A stretch of DNA of 64,000 bases from Tubulanus polymorphus. Its lineage: Eukaryota > Animalia > Nemertea. The notes below the pieces were generated by a model. That model had not been told where the DNA came from and made no database searches. It was given only the letters and a program-made list of their open reading frames with translations. This document shows positions 37,081 through 50,130 of the stretch, in pieces; the stretch's first letter is position 1; the number at the start of each line of letters is the position of its first letter. The stretch spans positions 16,417,796-16,481,795 of the forward strand of contig NC_134033.1 in NCBI RefSeq assembly GCF_964204645.1, read 5' to 3'. Made by a program: the position numbers and the translations under genes.

Positions 37081-38595
37081 GCAGCATCGGAAACAGCACG
37101 AGACTTTTATTTATTCGAGTTATAAAGATTTAGTGATTTCAACTGTGAATATACGGGCTACGGATGGCCCAACTGCGGACAGCCGGGTCACGAATGTCCC
37201 AGCTGTGGGTACCCTAAATGACTCTGACTCAGCCCGCGCCCCGGCGGCGGTTGATGCTAAATTCTCGTGTCTCCCGTGCCGCGTGAAAACTAAAAGCTTC
37301 CTCTCGAATTTATTCGATTTCTCGTTGTTTAAATCGCCCGTGTTCGTATTGTTGGCGCTCGGTTGCACGTTGCAGAATTTCGGTTACGTCGGCCAGTTCC
37401 GATTTTTTCCGGCGCGAATGAAAGACCTTGGTATTCCTCAGATGCAGAGGGCGCTACTGTTATCGATTATGGGTGCTATGGATATATTTTCGCGTCTGAT
37501 AATCGGCGTTCTAGCCGATTTTCCGTTCGTCAGAATGAGAATAAAACGCTATCGAATTCTGGCGTCGGCCATATTTTTACTCGGATTATGCGGTGTATTG
37601 TGCCCCCTAGCGGTGACTTTTCAGACTAATATAATCTACGCGGTATCTTTGGGTGTTTGCGGAGGTGTCAATCAAGCGATGATGGGCGTGTCTGTGATGG
37701 ATCTGCTCGGACGGGAAATGGTTTGCAAGGCCTGGGGTTTATTACTGCTACTGTATGGAATGACAAATATCGGTGAACCAATCATTTTAGGTCAGTTTGA
37801 AATCGATATTTAATATTTCCAAAATCATTATAAATATCAGTCAGCCAATTGTCTATTTATCTGACGAAGCTGATCACATATTCAATATTGGACATTTTGA
37901 AATTCAATATGGCTATCAGTCAGCTAGTTGTCTGCTTACCTGACTAAAGACATATTCAATGTGGAATATTTTAAAATTCAATATGGCTATCAGTCAGTCA
38001 GTTGTCTATTTACCTGACAAAGCTGATGACGTATTCAATACAGAATATTCTAAAATTCAATATGGCTATCAGTCAGCCAAATTTGCTCAATCTAACTCAA
38101 ATTCGGCGAAAATATCATTCTATATAACTCTGACAAATTCGTTATAAAGGTCTTTTTCTGTAATTTTGACTCAAATCTGTAGCTTGGTCCTTTATTCTAT
38201 ATACAGTCAACCCCCGATATACTGTCCTCCCATTTACCACCACCCTCGCCTACCGCCAGGTGTTCTCAATGTACATCTCTATACAAATACATAGTAAAAC
38301 ACCCCCGATAAACGGCCATACTTTCTATATCGCCAAAATTGTTCTGCACCGATGAGCGGTATATCGGGGGTTGACTGTACTTCATGACACGTTCCAAAAT
38401 CGGGAAAATGACATTTATTTTTGTAATTGTTAAATATTTGCAGGTGCTCTGCGCGATTCGACGGGGAATTACGATTGGACGTTTCGAACTTGTGGTTTCA
38501 GCGTGATCGCCGGCAGTTTGCTGATATTCTGTGAACATTTCGCTCTGAAACGTCGAAGCCAACTCAACAAAAACAAGAATCGTTTTTGCTGTTAA
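34528..38595 (+). CDS. MFS monocarboxylate transporter, SLC16/MCT family, 576 aa
   Basis: Exons 34528-34636, 35488-35631, 35986-36129, 36609-37790, 38444-38595; 1731 nt, in frame. DKGWAWLIV signature before TM1, YFHDRMALAN..SGSGIG, a long central loop with polyQ, LFDFSLFKSPVF, and GALRDSTGNY. Confidence 0.93.
34791..35435. repeat. G-rich minisatellite, 22-24-bp unit (aggttccaagctggagggg[g]ttac), in SLC16 intron
   Basis: About 27 tandem copies, seen directly. Confidence 0.95.
38203..38377. mobile_element. Tc1/mariner (pogo/Tigger-like) MITE
   Basis: TA|cagtcaacccccgatatac ... gtatatcgggggttgactg|TA. Confidence 0.8.
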
Positions 38596-41181
38596 TTCAA
38601 CGGTGAAAAAATGGACTCCTGGACTTGGTTCAATAGTCCATGAGCCGGGTCCATAGTCATGGCTTAGACTTAAGACCAGTCAAAGACCGTCTTAGATCTA
38701 TAACCAATCTATCAACTTGAGACCAGTCTTAATATTTAAGACCACTTTTGATTTAAGTCTCGACTATGGAACCGGCTCCAGGGCCCAGTTTCACAAAAAG
38801 GCTTAACTCATAAATCGATTTAATTTCTACATTAATTCAGTTTATCTTAAATCGATTTAGGCCTTAATCATTTTTATGAAACAAGCCCCAGGGTCTTACG
38901 GGTATTTGAAAGTTTTGGAAGATGGGAATTCATTTCCCCAGGCCCCGAAAAAGCTCTGGAAATTTTGTTTTTTTCTGTACGGCCGGTTATGGTTAATCAG
39001 AAAATGGTCGGGAAGTAAAATTCTACCGAGTCGAGAATATACACAATATCCGTGTAAGATGAATAACAAAAGAAATTCCACTATAGATTCTGCCGAAATA
39101 ACAGCAAATAATACCCCAACAGTTCGTCTGATGATGGCTAATAAAATTTAGCTGAAATGCTGCTCGAAATATATACCATTTCACAATAGAGCGTTTAATT
39201 TTTTGGCTGAATCTATCGTGCGATTTCTCTCGTCATAAGATTCTCCTCTTTTCAATTTTAGGCCGTATGCCTAAATTTCTTACTACACATTTGATAACAA
39301 ACTTCATGAAAACACTTTGTCGCTTGGTATTGATAATCGGCTTTTATTTAATTATTTGAATGAGCCTATAATTGCCTGTTCTAGGTTGGCCTCGTGTAAC
39401 ACTCGGGGTATATGAAATGTATAATTCGGGTTTGGAAAATTTATGGAAAATGAAATCGGTAAACCCGTAAGAACCCTGGATAGTCGTTGGTTAAATTTGA
39501 TTCTGCGATCGGTTTATCACCAACGTTTTACCCTTGAGGAAAACTTAACCGATAGAACTGTAGAACCGGGTCCTGTATTTTGAACTAGAAGCTTTGATGG
39601 CATCAGTTTTTATTCGAGCATAATGTGGGATGAAATAACGTTCTAAATATGAGTTCAGTTTATGGCGGGGAAGGGGTTAAATTATTGTACGCTCAAATGA
39701 ATTTTGTACCATGACGCCAGGTAATGTAAACATGTTTAGTCCTTGTAAACGTTGAACCTAGGCTAGAACAGACTCTAGTCACTCAACTCGGAGCTTTTCC
39801 GTTGAAAATCTCTGTCTGTCTGACTGAATGAATATTATCTGAGTTGGTTGGGATCAGATACAACGAACATCTTTAGTTGAGCGGGTCTGACTTCAGTGGA
39901 ACCTGTTCTATAAGAAATTGTACGTCAGTTGTTCGCAAACTTTTTGGGACCAACATTTAAACGTGATAATGTTGTACCGGTGATGTATTCTTGCATTAAC
40001 AAAGCTATGTTGTACCATCTCAGGTGATAAATATCTTAAATATCTTAATTGTTTTGATTGTTGACTTCTGTGACAATATTGATAGTTCTTTTAAATATTG
40101 ATTAATTTGCTTGATTTTAATAATAATGAATAACATTATTATGAGTATTGTTATCAAACCTATACTTACATTGTTAACCAGAATTTCATATGCGTATCAG
40201 ACCAGAATTATTGATCCTTTGATGAAATTGTGCAACGGGTAAAAAACCTTAGTCATAAAATCTACTATATTTTTTTCACTGAAAATGAATCAGGTTTGTT
40301 TTATTTTGTCTCATTTTATATTTCTTCTCGATGGAAGAATCTATCGATCCCGCGATACCCGCGATACCCGCGATACCCGCTGTGCAGAGGCGATATCACT
40401 AGCGAAACGACTGTGCGACATCAACTTTAAAAACTTCACTTTCGATTTTCTTATATTTGCAATATCGTCCAATGACGTAACATTCTAACGAAACTAAATT
40501 TCGATTTCACAGAATGATAGAATAGCCCTGTACGCTCTCACCCAGGGTCCAGATAATAAATTCAAAACCCACTATATGCACTAAAAGATCAAAATGAATT
40601 TCATCCTGACGATGATCTCTAGTGACAGTTCGAAACGTCATACATTTGATTTTAATTCCTGATGGATGAAATTCGTTTTTAACATGTTGTAAAACACTTT
40701 TCACTCTTCAAACCTCGAAAGATCTTTGTGTTCAAGTGAAATGAAATGAATGTCCGCCGAAGCTTTTGGTTTTGTGATGCAGAAAATGTTTATTTGGAAC
40801 AGCTGCATAATGCTGACGGATAGCGGTGACGAGCAAGGGGTGGTTCATCCGTCCTGGAAGTGGAAGTATCCTCAAATGATTTCCATCGCTCTATGACCCT
40901 TTGTACCCATCTGTGGGACATCAGACACTAACGTTCTTGGTGAAGGTGCATCAGGACTCCTGGGGGCCCTTTTCATCGAGACACATTTCATTGAAAATCC
41001 TGCAAATCTGACAACCCTTGAAAGTAGACTTTCGGATGTGGTTTTCAAAGTATACATCTTAATTCGAGGGTGGGGCCCAGCCAGGGACATTTTGACATGG
41101 CTGCTTAATCGGAGAAATACCTTTTATTATCTTCTCGGTCCCCACTTTCAAATTTTCTAGATAAGCCGCCCCTATGAAAAT

Positions 41182-41404
41182 AAGGGGCGGATCCAGGGCC
41201 CTATCTCGAGGGGTTTCCGAATTGTGTAAGGGCACTCACGGAAAAAAAGGGCAATTCACATCAAACTTGCGGTTTTCAGGGGGCACTAAACGCCAAAAAT
41301 GCCAAACGAGGGCACATTTACGTCTAATCCATGGATTTAGGGGTATCTCCAAGGGGCACAGACAATGCTCGACGGTATTCCAGAACCCCCTGGATCCGCC
41401 CCTG
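41182..41404. mobile_element. MITE with aggggcggatccag TIRs (possibly hAT-type; TSD not seen)
   Basis: aggggcggatccaggg ... ccctggatccgcccctg; single ends at ~19292, ~25246 and ~27783. Confidence 0.65.
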
Positions 41405-41557
41405 GAAGAGTTCAGAATCCAGGCTGAGGGGTACCCATCGGGTCTAGGCTAAGGGGATGCAGAGTAGAGTGGGTCCAGGCTACAGAATTGGTAAATCCAT
41501 GAGATTTGAGTTTATACGTAAGCATTAAATCTTCATTTTGAGGAATTGAACGTATGA

Positions 41558-41692
41558 CTGAGACCTCTGACGCTAGCACCTGCCTCGGGCTGAGACCTCT
41601 GACGCTAGCACCTGCCTCGGGCTGAGACCTCTGACGCTAGCACCTGCCTCGGGCTGAGACCTCTGACGCTAGCACCTGCCTCAGGCTGAGAT
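41558..41692. repeat. 32-bp tandem repeat x4
   Basis: ctgagacctctgacgctagcacctgcctcggg repeated. Confidence 0.93.
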
Positions 41693-44600
41693 CTCAGTCA
41701 AGCAGTACAATATTCATTGCCATAACAGTGATTTATTGTCGGGTAATTCGCGTAATTTACACTTGAGTGGAAAGTGCTTCTTTATCGAGTGGTTGTAAAT
41801 AAACTCTAAAACTATCTGCGAGGCAGCCCTGAACCCCTTAACCCCCCTCCCGTGGAGTATCGTGATAAGATAATAATCGCCAAGAAGTGCGTATTCCAAC
41901 CTCGCTTACCAGGGCTTCTGCTTGCTGACGAGGAGAGCCTGTTACATTTATCGTGAATAAACTGTGACCCGCAATATTCATCCTTAGTCATTTACGTGAC
42001 ATCTCAAGTTTTATCAGTATCTATATAAACTATTGACTAGGACTGCCGCAGGGTTGGACTAAGGAAATAAGAAGCTCAGGATCTAGACGAATATAGGATT
42101 TGTCGATATCCCGTATTGCGGTTCAGCGTGGTTCTGTCCGTCGGTTTTAGATATTTTTTCAAGAATATGGCGAAAAGGTGCTCATTTCCGCAAGGATCAG
42201 TGTCAAATTTGCAGCAGGTTTTAGTACAAGCTCTGTCTTGACGAAAAGGAGACAGCATTAATGGGAAGGCAGGACTCATGATATTACTTTCGCAATACGA
42301 ACCTGTGTTGCCATAATCGGTTTCTTTTTCAGCTTCACAAAGAACTGAGAGCGAGGAAAAAAACCATATTTATTAGAAGAAAAAACTAGGAGAGTTACAG
42401 TGACGTCTGACTAATGCTAGAGACATTTGCAAAAACCATTTCAATTTTGCAATTATTGGCTCTAAGCATTTTGAGTAGAAACGTCGTTAAGTCTTGCTTT
42501 GTATTTGCTGGGTTTTTTTAGACAGTCAGTCTGGGTAAAAATGATCTTCAAAGTTTTTAGCGTTTAGTTGTTTGCGTTGTTCTGCTTCAATTTTGTCCAA
42601 TTTAGTAAACGTATAATTATGTACACGGTTCTTAATTCAAATTTCGAACAACACTCATTATCATAAACCGTTTTGCAACTGAAATGATCACGTGTGCGTA
42701 ACTACGCGTAATTTGTTACTGTCTAATTTAAGCTGTGATTAAAGTCTTAAACTGCGATTCCGTTTTTTAAACAAAGATTTATCGAGTTCTGTTTGGCATA
42801 ATTTCACTTTAAAAGTAATTGACGCGATGAAACGTCGTCTTGGTAAAACTCCAGGGTAAACGCCTCCAATTATAAGAGCCGAAATTCACGAGGCAACTTC
42901 ATTTCAAACTCAACGGATTCTCGTCACGCGCGCCCTCTCACAACCGGTTACGGTTAAGGGTGATATTTACGAGCGATACGCGTGATTCGGCGGAGTAAAT
43001 AAAACGGTTTTTTCTATCTGAAAGATGCCCAATTATTTTCGCAGCAGCAGAAACTACCGAGACGAGTTTTTAAAGACTTAATGAAAGTTGATAATGTTTT
43101 GTATGTAATTAGACACAGACGGTACAGTGCGCCAGGTGAACTCGACTTAACTGCTCTTTCTTTTAACTCAGTTAACAAGAGTTCCTTCTTCGATTTCACC
43201 ATTTTTTAAACTATATGTAAACAAATCCTAAAACAAATCGTGCAGATCTATCAGATAATCACCAGGTTTCTAAGATGCGATAACAATAAATAAAACCCCA
43301 ATTTTCTAATGAGGAATGACACAGTTTGTTATCACGAATAACTTATCAAATATCGGAGCCTTCCTTTGTTGTAACGAAGTTCCACTGTCTCTGAAGCACC
43401 GGACTGGGAGTAGGGAGGAAGCAGCCGACAATATGATAGACCCATAATTACACATGACGTCATTTTTGCCCGTTAAGAACGGACTGGCCATGCATAGATA
43501 GAAATACACTCAATCTTTATTGTTCCCTAGTAATATATAAAAGTGCACCATCGGATTGTTGACGATAAAATAGACAGTACAATGCGAGAATAAAGATTTA
43601 GAAATCAAAATCGAAATAAAGATGTGATAACATAGCGTGCATTAACCAGCAAACGCGCAAGCTATATACATTCACACTACAAGCTTTGACATTACAACAA
43701 AAGATAATGGTCATTTACACATTTTGGAGACCTGTCATGTGAATGACTGTCAATATGGCGGTTTCGGTCACATGCAATGAGAGCAGTCGCTGGCAAGTGA
43801 GGAACTACAGTTATCCTGAATGTAATCGCTATTATGGTTTCTTTGGTCTCGTTTGTTGTAATTAATTTCATGTTCTAGCAATAAACTCCGGAAGTCGCGT
43901 GATTGATAATAACTCGCCCGCGCCGACGAGCTCTTCCGACATTGACAAGGTCGCCGATAAAACTCTTCACTAAAATCCCGTTTAATCTCGCGAGATTTAT
44001 CGTTATTTGCCCGTTACGGCTATACGTCAAGATTAGACGAAACGTGATTTCTAATACCGCCTCCAGAGCAGCGGCACTAACTCTCCGGATGATCGCTCGC
44101 TTAACCAAATATTCATCCATCTTTCCGCAAACATCTTGTAATCTTTCTTAACCGCCACTTGTGAATACATTCAATGTACACATTACACTTTGTGAAATGG
44201 TGTTTTATTTTTTTATTTTCTTCACGTGCAGTACAACAACAGCAGCAGCAGCAGCAGCAGCAGTAGCGCAGTTTTCTGAACGCATTCAACGGCGTACAAA
44301 CCGCCCCACAAGGTTAACAGATCAGGAACGAGTTCAGGGGGACTTATGAGACTTGTACAAGTCCATCAAATCCTTTTAGTGCCCGTTTTCATTATGTCAA
44401 CAAAGATAATTGGTGCATTTCAGTGAAGGAGTACACCTAATATTGCCTTTCTGGACATCACAGTGTCCTTTTTTGGACTTCGCAAGTTCTTAAAAATTAA
44501 GCCCCGCAGACACCGTTTTGGACATCAAATATGAAAAGTCCTTCACAATTGGCCTCTGAATCCCCTGAAGATCTCAACGATTCGCGCAAAGCTCTGAAAA

Positions 44601-45859
44601 TTATCGTATATTCAACGATATTGGTCTAGATCCAGCCGCTGGTCCGCTCAATAATAAACAGTCGACTCCTCAGAGTACCGGTCAAAACTGTACGGTTAAC
44701 TCTTTCTAAGCCTATCTCGTCAACTCGGAAAACCGCTCTCAAATCGGACAATTTCACTAAAATACATAGTCGGAAAACCCTTTCTTTTTAATGATTCTCA
44801 ACTCTGTGTGAAATATCGCAAATCCGAACGCTACCGAGTATCAGGCGCGGTCTAATACTTCTCGACAAGGAGCTGAACAATATTCACGTCAATTATTTTT
44901 TACGAGCCGCGCGCGCGCCAAGCCGTAATCTAATTCAGTTATTTTTTTACGGAACATCCTCGCGTGCCAGTGTAAGTTAAATCAGATGATATTTTTTTTG
45001 TTCACGTCGTCATTCTGGTTGCGTGGTGTGCGTTGTTGAGTTGAGGGACCGCCGTCGATCGTTTCTAGATTTAATCTGACGCCATTGCAAACTGCGCCTC
45101 GGATTCCCGACGCTCGTATCATCATCGGTTTGCCGGAATAACCGCGTTCACAAATCGCATTGTTCTAAGTAGGATATATAGTGGATTTATACAAATTTTC
45201 AGCTCACCTGCCGCAGCCGGTGTTGCTCGTTTTACAGCGATAGTTCGATACTTCCGTAATTCACAGGACGTGAAGAACACGATTGACAGAAATTAGAGAC
45301 TAGTCAATTAGTAATCTCTATAATTAGTAACCTCAACACGTCCACACGTCTATTCGCCGGTAAGTGGTTGATGATCTAAATCTATTTGATTTGTTTCGTC
45401 TGCTGAATTTGTTAGAAATTTGCGGCCGGTTGCCAGACGGTAGTCGCGCGCGCCGCCGCCAGTCGTGATAGAGACACTCATACGGGTAATCAATCGATAA
45501 TCGGTTATCGATCAGATCCCGATCAGATAACGTTAAGTTGGCCATGTTTTATTGGAACCTCGCTTGCCGCGGTACGCTCTTCTAATTGCCGATCGATCGA
45601 CTTGTAGTTGCATTTGCGAGAGATCGATGCTCCCCCATCCCTAACCCCACGATTGTTTTCTCGTTTGCTCGTGAGATCTGGCAACCTCTTGCCCTCATCT
45701 CTCTCTTCTTCTCTCCTCTATACCGTCCTCTTCTCTCTCTCTCTCTCCTCTTCTTTCTTTCTCTCTCCCTCTCTACCCCTCTTTTTGCTCTGCTCTCTCC
45801 TCTTTCTCTGCTCTCATTTTCTTCTTTTTCTTAATTCCCAGACTCTCTCTTTCACTCTT

Positions 45860-46206
45860 CCTCTGCCTCTGCCTCTGCCTCTGCCTCTGCCTCTGCCTCT
45901 GCCTCTGCCTCTGCCTCTGCCTCTGCCTCTGCCTCTGCCTCTGCCTCTGCCTCTGCCCCTGCCCCTGCCCCTGCCCCTGCCCCTGCCCCTGCCCCTGCCC
46001 CTGCCCCTGCCCCTGCCCCTGCCCCTGCCCCTGCCCCTGCCCCTGCCCCTGCCCCTGCCCCTGCCCCTGCCCCTGCCCCTGCCCCTGCCCCTGCCCCTGC
46101 CCCTGCCCCTGCCCCTGCCCCTGCCCCTGCCCCTGCCCCTGCCCCTGCCCCTGCCCCTGCCCCTGCCCCTGCCCCTGCCCCTGCCCCTGCCCCTGCCCCT
46201 GCCCCT

Positions 46207-46238
<32 letters not shown>

Positions 46239-46244
46239 CTCTGC
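45860..46244. repeat. Compound hexamer microsatellite (CCTCTG)n-(CCCCTG)n-(CCTCTG)n
   Basis: Direct; embedded in a pyrimidine-rich tract 45690-46265. Confidence 0.97.
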
Positions 46245-46686
46245 TCTCTCTCTCTCTCCTCCTCTTAAACAGTGGACACTCGTGATCCCCGGTGATGAAT
46301 GAATATCAGAGGAGATCTGTTTTTGCTTTATTCATTTTACGGTGACTGAACACAATGCGTAATGCCTGCATAACATACATACCAATGAGAGGTCGTTCGA
46401 GTTTTTCCGCGACACTAAAACTACGATCGACCCGTCATCACCAGCCCGGTGATTCGGTTCTTACAGAAAAAAAATGTCCTTCGTGTCCAAACCATTTCCG
46501 AGTTAAAGTTGATTCTTTGGGGCCACACGTCGGTGCACAGTCTAGATTTAAAAACTAGATTTAGTTTCCCCAATCTAATAGCTTAAGCTTATTTTTGTTC
46601 AATAGACAATCTACAAATACAATGTACAAATTAAACGAATTTTAAAATCGAGAATTAATTCATGCAAATAATCTAAAATCTAAAAT

Positions 46687-46730
46687 ACACGACGTTTCGA
46701 TCTCGCCCTATAGAGATCATCGTCAGGTGT
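46687..46730 (-). ncRNA. Single intact minimal hammerhead motif of a second sequence family, inside an inverted repeat (~46637-46787)
   Basis: Minus strand ACAC-CUGACGA-U-GAUCUC(UAUAGGGC)GAGAUC-GAAA-CG-UC-GUGU: perfect helices I and II and a GUC site. Confidence 0.78.
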
Positions 46731-47329
46731 GAGATCAAAACGTTGTGTCTAATTTTTTGAATAAATAAATTCTCGATTTTGAAATTCTTGTAATTTTCAC
46801 ATAGTTGGTTTCTATCTTATTATCCATTAACTACGTTTGAGTGTGGTTACTGTACCGTTTTCGATGTGTTCTGTTATGTCGCGTGCGGCGGCGGGCTATA
46901 TAGGAAAATGTGTTAGAGACACTATCGCGTTAGATATATCAGACATCATTGTAAACTCGGTATGAGATAATTGTCTTGATATATCGTATAGGAGTTGTTG
47001 TTGTGGAATGTTGCACAAGAGAGAACCATCTGGGAAACGAATTGCAACTTCTCCGCGAGTTACAGCTACTACTTATGATAGTGAAATATTAATGAGCGAT
47101 TCGCGCATGAAAGCATAAATCAACACAAGGCCTACTATTCCGTTACTACTAGGTCAGTCATATCCGTTATCTTTCGCCATGGGTGAATGGAGATCTATAG
47201 CACAGATTAATTTACTACGTTTGACTCGAGAAAAATAAAGGAGCGCATAATATCTCAATCACGTTTTACTATATTCTACTCCAGAAAAATAGGATAGTGG
47301 GATGTATGCAGTTTGATGATCAGAAAGAA

Positions 47330-47400
47330 ACGTGGGATTCGAACCCAGATATATTCTAGGCAACGAGTCACGACGGTAAGACCATTGAGTCATAACCGCT
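47330..47400 (-). mobile_element. tRNA-derived SINE head or degenerate tRNA-like sequence
   Basis: Minus strand has A-box-like TGACTCAATGG and B-box GGTTCGAATCC at tRNA-like spacing, but no acceptor stem. Confidence 0.4.
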
Positions 47401-48025
47401 TCGATCCTAAATGACGTTTAGGCGAAGGTATTCCACCCGTGTGTAAAATGGGTCGTTAGTCGCCTGTATCAATCCCCTAATCGATCGTGAAAAAATCTTG
47501 CCGTAATTAAATAACGATCCTATCGGAATCCCAGCCGTATTCAGTGTTGTTATCATTAAACTGTAAGCCGGCGACTCCCGAGAATTCAATTGTAGCAGAT
47601 TAAACGAAACTTTATTTATGAATAGTTGGTTTAAATTAACGAGTGTTTGGTATGAAAGACGAATGACCTATCAGATGGGAGATATATCGTATGATTGTTT
47701 TGACTCGACCGAGAGCACCGGTAAAAGTTTCTACTTTAATCGATTCGGCTCCTGACAGTGATGGAGTTTCTTTCTGCAGTTCTCCGAGCCGATCTCCATC
47801 CCGACAATTGATAGTTTGAATCCTGACAGTGACAGAGTTTCTTTCTGCAGTTCTCCGAGCTCTCCATCCCGACAATTGATAGTTTGAATCCTAAAAGCGG
47901 CAGAGTTTCTTTCTGTAGTTCTTCTCTAAGATCTCCAACCTCCGTTAGTTTGAATCCTATCAGTTATAGTTCTGTAGCTGTAGTTTCTATATTTACAATG
48001 TCAAAAAAATCATTTGATAAAACAC

Positions 48026-48108
48026 CCGAGCTGAACGGTACTATCCGAGCTGAACGGTACTATCCGAGCTGAACGGTACTATCCGAGCTGAACGGTACTA
48101 TCCGAGTT
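48026..48108. repeat. 19-bp tandem repeat x4
   Basis: ccgagctgaacggtactat repeated. Confidence 0.93.
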
Positions 48109-48541
48109 GATCGGAATTTGACTTGCGCGGAGTCTACTCTATAATTTATTCATCTGTAAGAATCTTGGCCTTCGGGAAATCGATGATTTAGTGTGAGATG
48201 AAGACAGCGGGTATTTTATTCTATCCTTTAACTCTATTAGTCCGGACAGGCGTCGGTTTATTAGTGACGCGTGAAGTTCTGTCTTGTTTTCCGTTAGATT
48301 CAAATCTATGAATAATGATCGAATAAGTACATATAGATAGATATCTAGATAGATATCGATCGCTAAGATGTGGTCAATAGAGAAACACTCGACCTTGGTT
48401 CAGCTTTTACAGCTATAAGACAAACCGGGTCGTGCATATACAACGGGCCATTTCGTAAATTAAATTGTTCTATAATTTCCAATTCAAATAATATATATAT
48501 ACGTCTATAGGTGCCTTGCGTGAAATTGTAAATAATAATAA

Positions 48542-48655
<114 letters not shown>

Positions 48656-49614
48656 TTTCATATTTCCGAGATACGCGCTATTTTTCAATTTAAAACCTTT
48701 GTTGTGCGCCAGATTTTTATAGCGCGTCAGCCAAAAGAACGCGCACCAGATTTTGACTTAAATCATCTTAAGATAGATGGCAGATTCGTTTTAGGGTAGT
48801 TCGCGTAATCGAGTTTCATACCGAAAATATATACATCGCATCGTACGGTGGTGCCTCTAGCGGCCGAATCTCGAACTTGGCGGCGCACTACTCTAGTAGG
48901 TCGTCATGCGCTATGAAAATAGTTCTAAAATTAAGCTGTCACTCACGCAGTTCTAAAAAGTTTTCAGCGGCTAAATTACCCTACAGCGATCTACGTTTTC
49001 CAACAAAGCGGTGTGAAGAAAATGTAGCACCTAAGAACGAAGTCGGATAACTCGAATCAGAGCCGGTGAATTGAATTGAATTGATCACCAAACCGTTGAT
49101 AATGGCGGCAGCTGTTCTCCTTGAATTTTGCTAAATTTCGTTGGTAGGCCTAATCGCAGGTAGGTTAGAAGTGTCTCTTCTTATTCATGTAATGTAAAAA
49201 CGTCTTTCATCCGAACCGGTGGTCCGTGGTACCTTGAGAAAGCAATTATTCCCCATTTAGGGCCGAATTCGCCGAGGCCTTTTTTGGTTAGAAGAAGAGA
49301 TTATCCTCAATCTAATTCTATCTAGTAAAGTAGAGAAGAGAGTGAGAGAGTGGGTACCGGCTATCAAGTAAGCCGCAATGTTGCTTGCCGTATCAGATCC
49401 CATTATTGTAACCTAAAGTCTATTTGTTTTCGATTGGTAGTGATCTTTTTGGGATACCTATAGGCCTATCACTTAATTTTCTGGGTAGGCATAATCATCG
49501 AAATACAGTCGAAGTCAAGTCTATCTTAAATAGGCCTAGCCCTAGGCCTAGTTCTAAAATCCTGTTTGTCGGCTGTTCGTTCTTGTCTATTCATTAATCT
49601 GATTGGTGACTGAT

Positions 49615-50130
49615 TGTACTCGACGAAAATGTCTACAATCCTGATTGACGACCAATTCTACTCGTCGACAATGTTTACAACCCTGATTGTGAAAATCAAC
49701 TGATGGAGGTAGGTGACCCTCGATCCCAGCCACTTTATAGACCCTATAAGGTTAATCCACACACACACACACACAGCCTTACACACAGAAATTGATTTAC
49801 AGTCAGGATTGCAGAGAGTGTCGACGAGAAGAATTGGTAAGAATCAGGATTGTAGACAATGTCGATGAGTAGAATCAGCCAAAATTTGTCGACCAATTCT
49901 ACTCGTCAACACTGTCTGCAATCATTTGATTAACAGTCAATCAGGATTGTTGACATTGTCGATGAGTAGAATCGGACGACAGTCAGATTGTAGACATTGT
50001 CGACGGATAGGCTAGAATTGGTCGACAATCAGATTGTAGACATTGTCGACAGTAGAATTGGTCGACAGGTAGAATCGGTCGACAATTAGATTGTAGACAT
50101 TGTCGAGGAGCAGAATCGTTCGAAAATCAG
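49615..50130. repeat. Mixed direct and inverted ~40-bp repeat cluster (gtcgac..gtagaattggtcgacaatcag(g)attgtagacatt)
   Basis: The unit appears in both orientations. Confidence 0.75.

Noticed and set aside
45608-46285. 225-aa poly(LP) ORF
   Set aside because: Translation of the hexamer microsatellite.
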